Source of the DNA: Octopus bimaculoides
Taxonomy: Eukaryota
Length of the DNA stretch: 34,454 bases
Assembly (NCBI RefSeq): GCF_001194135.2
Contig: NC_068984.1
Span: 78,419,194 to 78,453,647, forward strand
Reading direction: 5' to 3'
This document shows positions 32,237 through 34,454 of the stretch, piece by piece. The notes under the pieces are model-generated. The model ran no database searches and was not told the origin of the DNA. It saw nothing but the letters and a program-made list of their open reading frames with translations. Position numbers and translations under genes: made by a program. Within the stretch, counting starts at the first letter, position 1; each line of letters starts with the position of its first letter.

Positions 32237-32438
32237 GCAACATCATCATCATCAATGTCATGTTTATTTCTTAGTGATGAAATTCTGTGATCTATTTATA
32301 GAAATCTAAAACTTTTTGAAACTTTGCTCATGACACAGTTCCCATGCCAACCAAAGAAATATTTTTTTTTTCTTTTTCTCTTTTTCTTTAAATCTTGTTA
32401 ACAAGTAATATTTTGTTTGTTTTATTCTCTGTTTGTGT

Positions 32439-32485
<47 letters not shown>

Positions 32486-32739
32486 CATGCACCCACACAT
32501 ATATTTTGCAAGGGTGTGTTATATTCTGTTTCTCTTTTTGTTTTGTTTCAAATTGAATTTATATATTTATTATTTTATTCAATTTGCTGTAGATGATGGT
32601 GGGTGGTTGTGGGGTGGAGTGGGGAGTGTTATTTTCCATTTGTTTTCTGGGTTTCTTTTTTTAATCCTTCATGAGCTTAAGCATGTGATCGAAATCCTCT
32701 CATTAGAATCTTATGAAATATATGATGATGACGATGATA

Positions 32740-32905
32740 ATCCTTTCTACAATAGGCAAAGGCTTGGAATTCGTCGGTAGGGGGATAGTTGATCATATCG
32801 ACTCCAAAAGGATGAAAGGCAAAATCCACTTCAGCAGAATTTGAACTCAGAACATAGTGAGACGAAATACCACTAAGAATTTTGTCCAGCATGCTAAAGA
32901 GTCTC
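32740..32905 (-). mobile_element. SINE family C
   Basis: AAAAGGATGAAAGGCAAA...CAGAATTTGAACTCAGAAC. Confidence 0.82.
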
Positions 32906-32951
32906 CCACCTTGCAACCTTGAATAGTAATAATAATAATGATAGTAGTAAT

Positions 32952-32984
<33 letters not shown>

Positions 32985-32995
32985 TATTATTATTA

Positions 32996-33440
32996 TTGAG
33001 CATGTTCATTGCCAGAGCAGCTGTCTGGCTTCCGTGCTAGTGGCCCGTAAATAGCACCATTTGAGCGTAATCGTTACCAGCGTTGCCTTCTAGCACTTGT
33101 GCTGGTGGCACGTTAGAAAATTATTCGAGCGAGGTCGTTGCCAGTGCCGTTGGACTGGCTCCCGTGCAGGTGGCACGTAAAAAACACCTTTTTGAGTGTG
33201 GCTGTTGCCAGTACCGTGTGACTGGCCTTCGTGCTAGTGGAACATAAAATCACCCACTACACTCTCGGAGTGGTTGGCGTTAGGAAGGGCATCCAGCTGT
33301 AGAAACTGTGCCAGATCAGATTGGAGCCTGGTGTAGCCTTCTGGCTTGCCAGTCCTCAGTCAAATCATCCAACCCATGCTAGCCTGGAAAGCGGACATTA
33401 AATGACGACGACGACGACGACGACGATGATGATGATGATT
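32996..33440 (+). mobile_element. SINE family T with four tandem ~65-bp modules and (GAC/GAT)n tail
   Basis: Modules start at about 32996, 33061, 33124 and 33192; T tail 33255-33440. Confidence 0.88.
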
Positions 33441-33444
33441 ATTA

Positions 33445-33635
33445 TAGTTTCTGGTTGAGGATCAAGTCCAGCAATTTTGAAGGGAGGGGTCAGTTACATT
33501 GACTCCCAATACTATGCTTGTAATTTATTTTATTGTCCCTACAGGGATGAAAGGCAAAAATTGACTCCAGCAAGAAATGGATTCAAAATGTAAAGAGTCT
33601 GAAAAATACCACAATCTGATGCTTTAATGATTCTG
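33445..33635 (-). mobile_element. SINE family C, degraded
   Basis: CCAGCAATTTTG...GGGATGAAAGGCAAA. Confidence 0.7.
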
Positions 33636-34061
33636 CTTCTTTTTGAAATACATCAAGAGTATTATTGTGAAGAATCTACTCAAAGTGCTCAATGAGGGGG
33701 AATATGATAATATAGAACAAGTCAAACTTGCTGGTGCCATGTGCCATGTAAAAATGCACTTAGAACATTCTGTACTGAGCTGGTGGATGAGTAGAGACAA
33801 CAGAGGTTTGAGAGGGCACTTCAGTCTGCTCCAGTTCGTGATAACTTCTCTGGTATTGACACCTTGATAAATTGCAGCTGGTATATTTTTAAAGTGATTT
33901 GTTGGAAGCCAATCATAGTAATCATGCCAAAAATGGCATGTATGAGTGAAATATGAGTTCAGCTGTTAAAAAACAAAAAAATTGGAACTATAATGTAATA
34001 AAATATTAAATGATATAACTGAAAAAAAAAAAAAAATGTCAAAATAAATACAAGCATATAT

Positions 34062-34270
34062 ATTGGTTTCAAATTTTGGCACAATGCCAGCAATTTCGGA
34101 GGAGGAGGTAAGTCAATTACATTGGCCCCAGTGGTATTTATTTTATTGACTTAGAAAGGATAAAAGGCAAAGTAGACCTTGCTGGAGTTTGAACTCAGAA
34201 TATAAAGACGGAAAAAATGCTGCCAAGCATTTAGCCCAGTGTGCTAATGATGATGCCAGCTGACCACCTT
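34062..34270 (-). mobile_element. SINE family C
   Basis: GGTTTCAAATTTTGGCACAATGCCAGCAATTT...TTTGAACTCAGAA...GCCAGCTGACCACC. Confidence 0.85.
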
Positions 34271-34454
34271 AAATATAGGCATATATATTCAAATATGTAT
34301 ATTTATTCAATATAGTTCCACCTAGAGAGGAACGAAAGCGCCAATAATAATGGAGAAATAAAAGGATTTTTTTCTAAAATTCTGACGACATCTTTTTTCT
34401 CAATATTCACTTTTGTACATCACACCTAACAATATATATATATATATATATATA

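Noticed and set aside
32996-33255. Repeat array as a CRISPR
   Set aside because: Eukaryotic context, contiguous diverged units without unique spacers, no cas genes, and located inside a SINE.

Overview
AT-rich, microsatellite-dense eukaryotic DNA with six assembly gaps. From remembered repeat families it is most likely an octopod cephalopod (Octopus); this is an inference and no search was run. No intact protein-coding gene can be supported: most ORFs in the track are microsatellite, gap or repeat read-through. The window is a mosaic of modular tRNA-derived SINEs (named A-E and T here), a 5'-truncated CR1/L2-like LINE, an RTE LINE 3' end, a near full-length but dead Tc1 (DD34E-type) transposon, mariner debris and foldback elements. 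The unexpected signal is RNA-level: eight hammerhead-ribozyme (HHR)-like motifs. One is a near-canonical Type I HHR (CUGACGA / GAAA / GUC) inside a 200-nt GC-rich, highly structured island at 14180-14383. Another sits in a tRNA-headed SINE-like element present as a head-to-head palindrome at 22501-23058. Two further head-to-head HHR-like palindromes lie at 3061-3636. SINE and degraded-repeat boundaries were read by eye and are approximate (about +/-20 nt).
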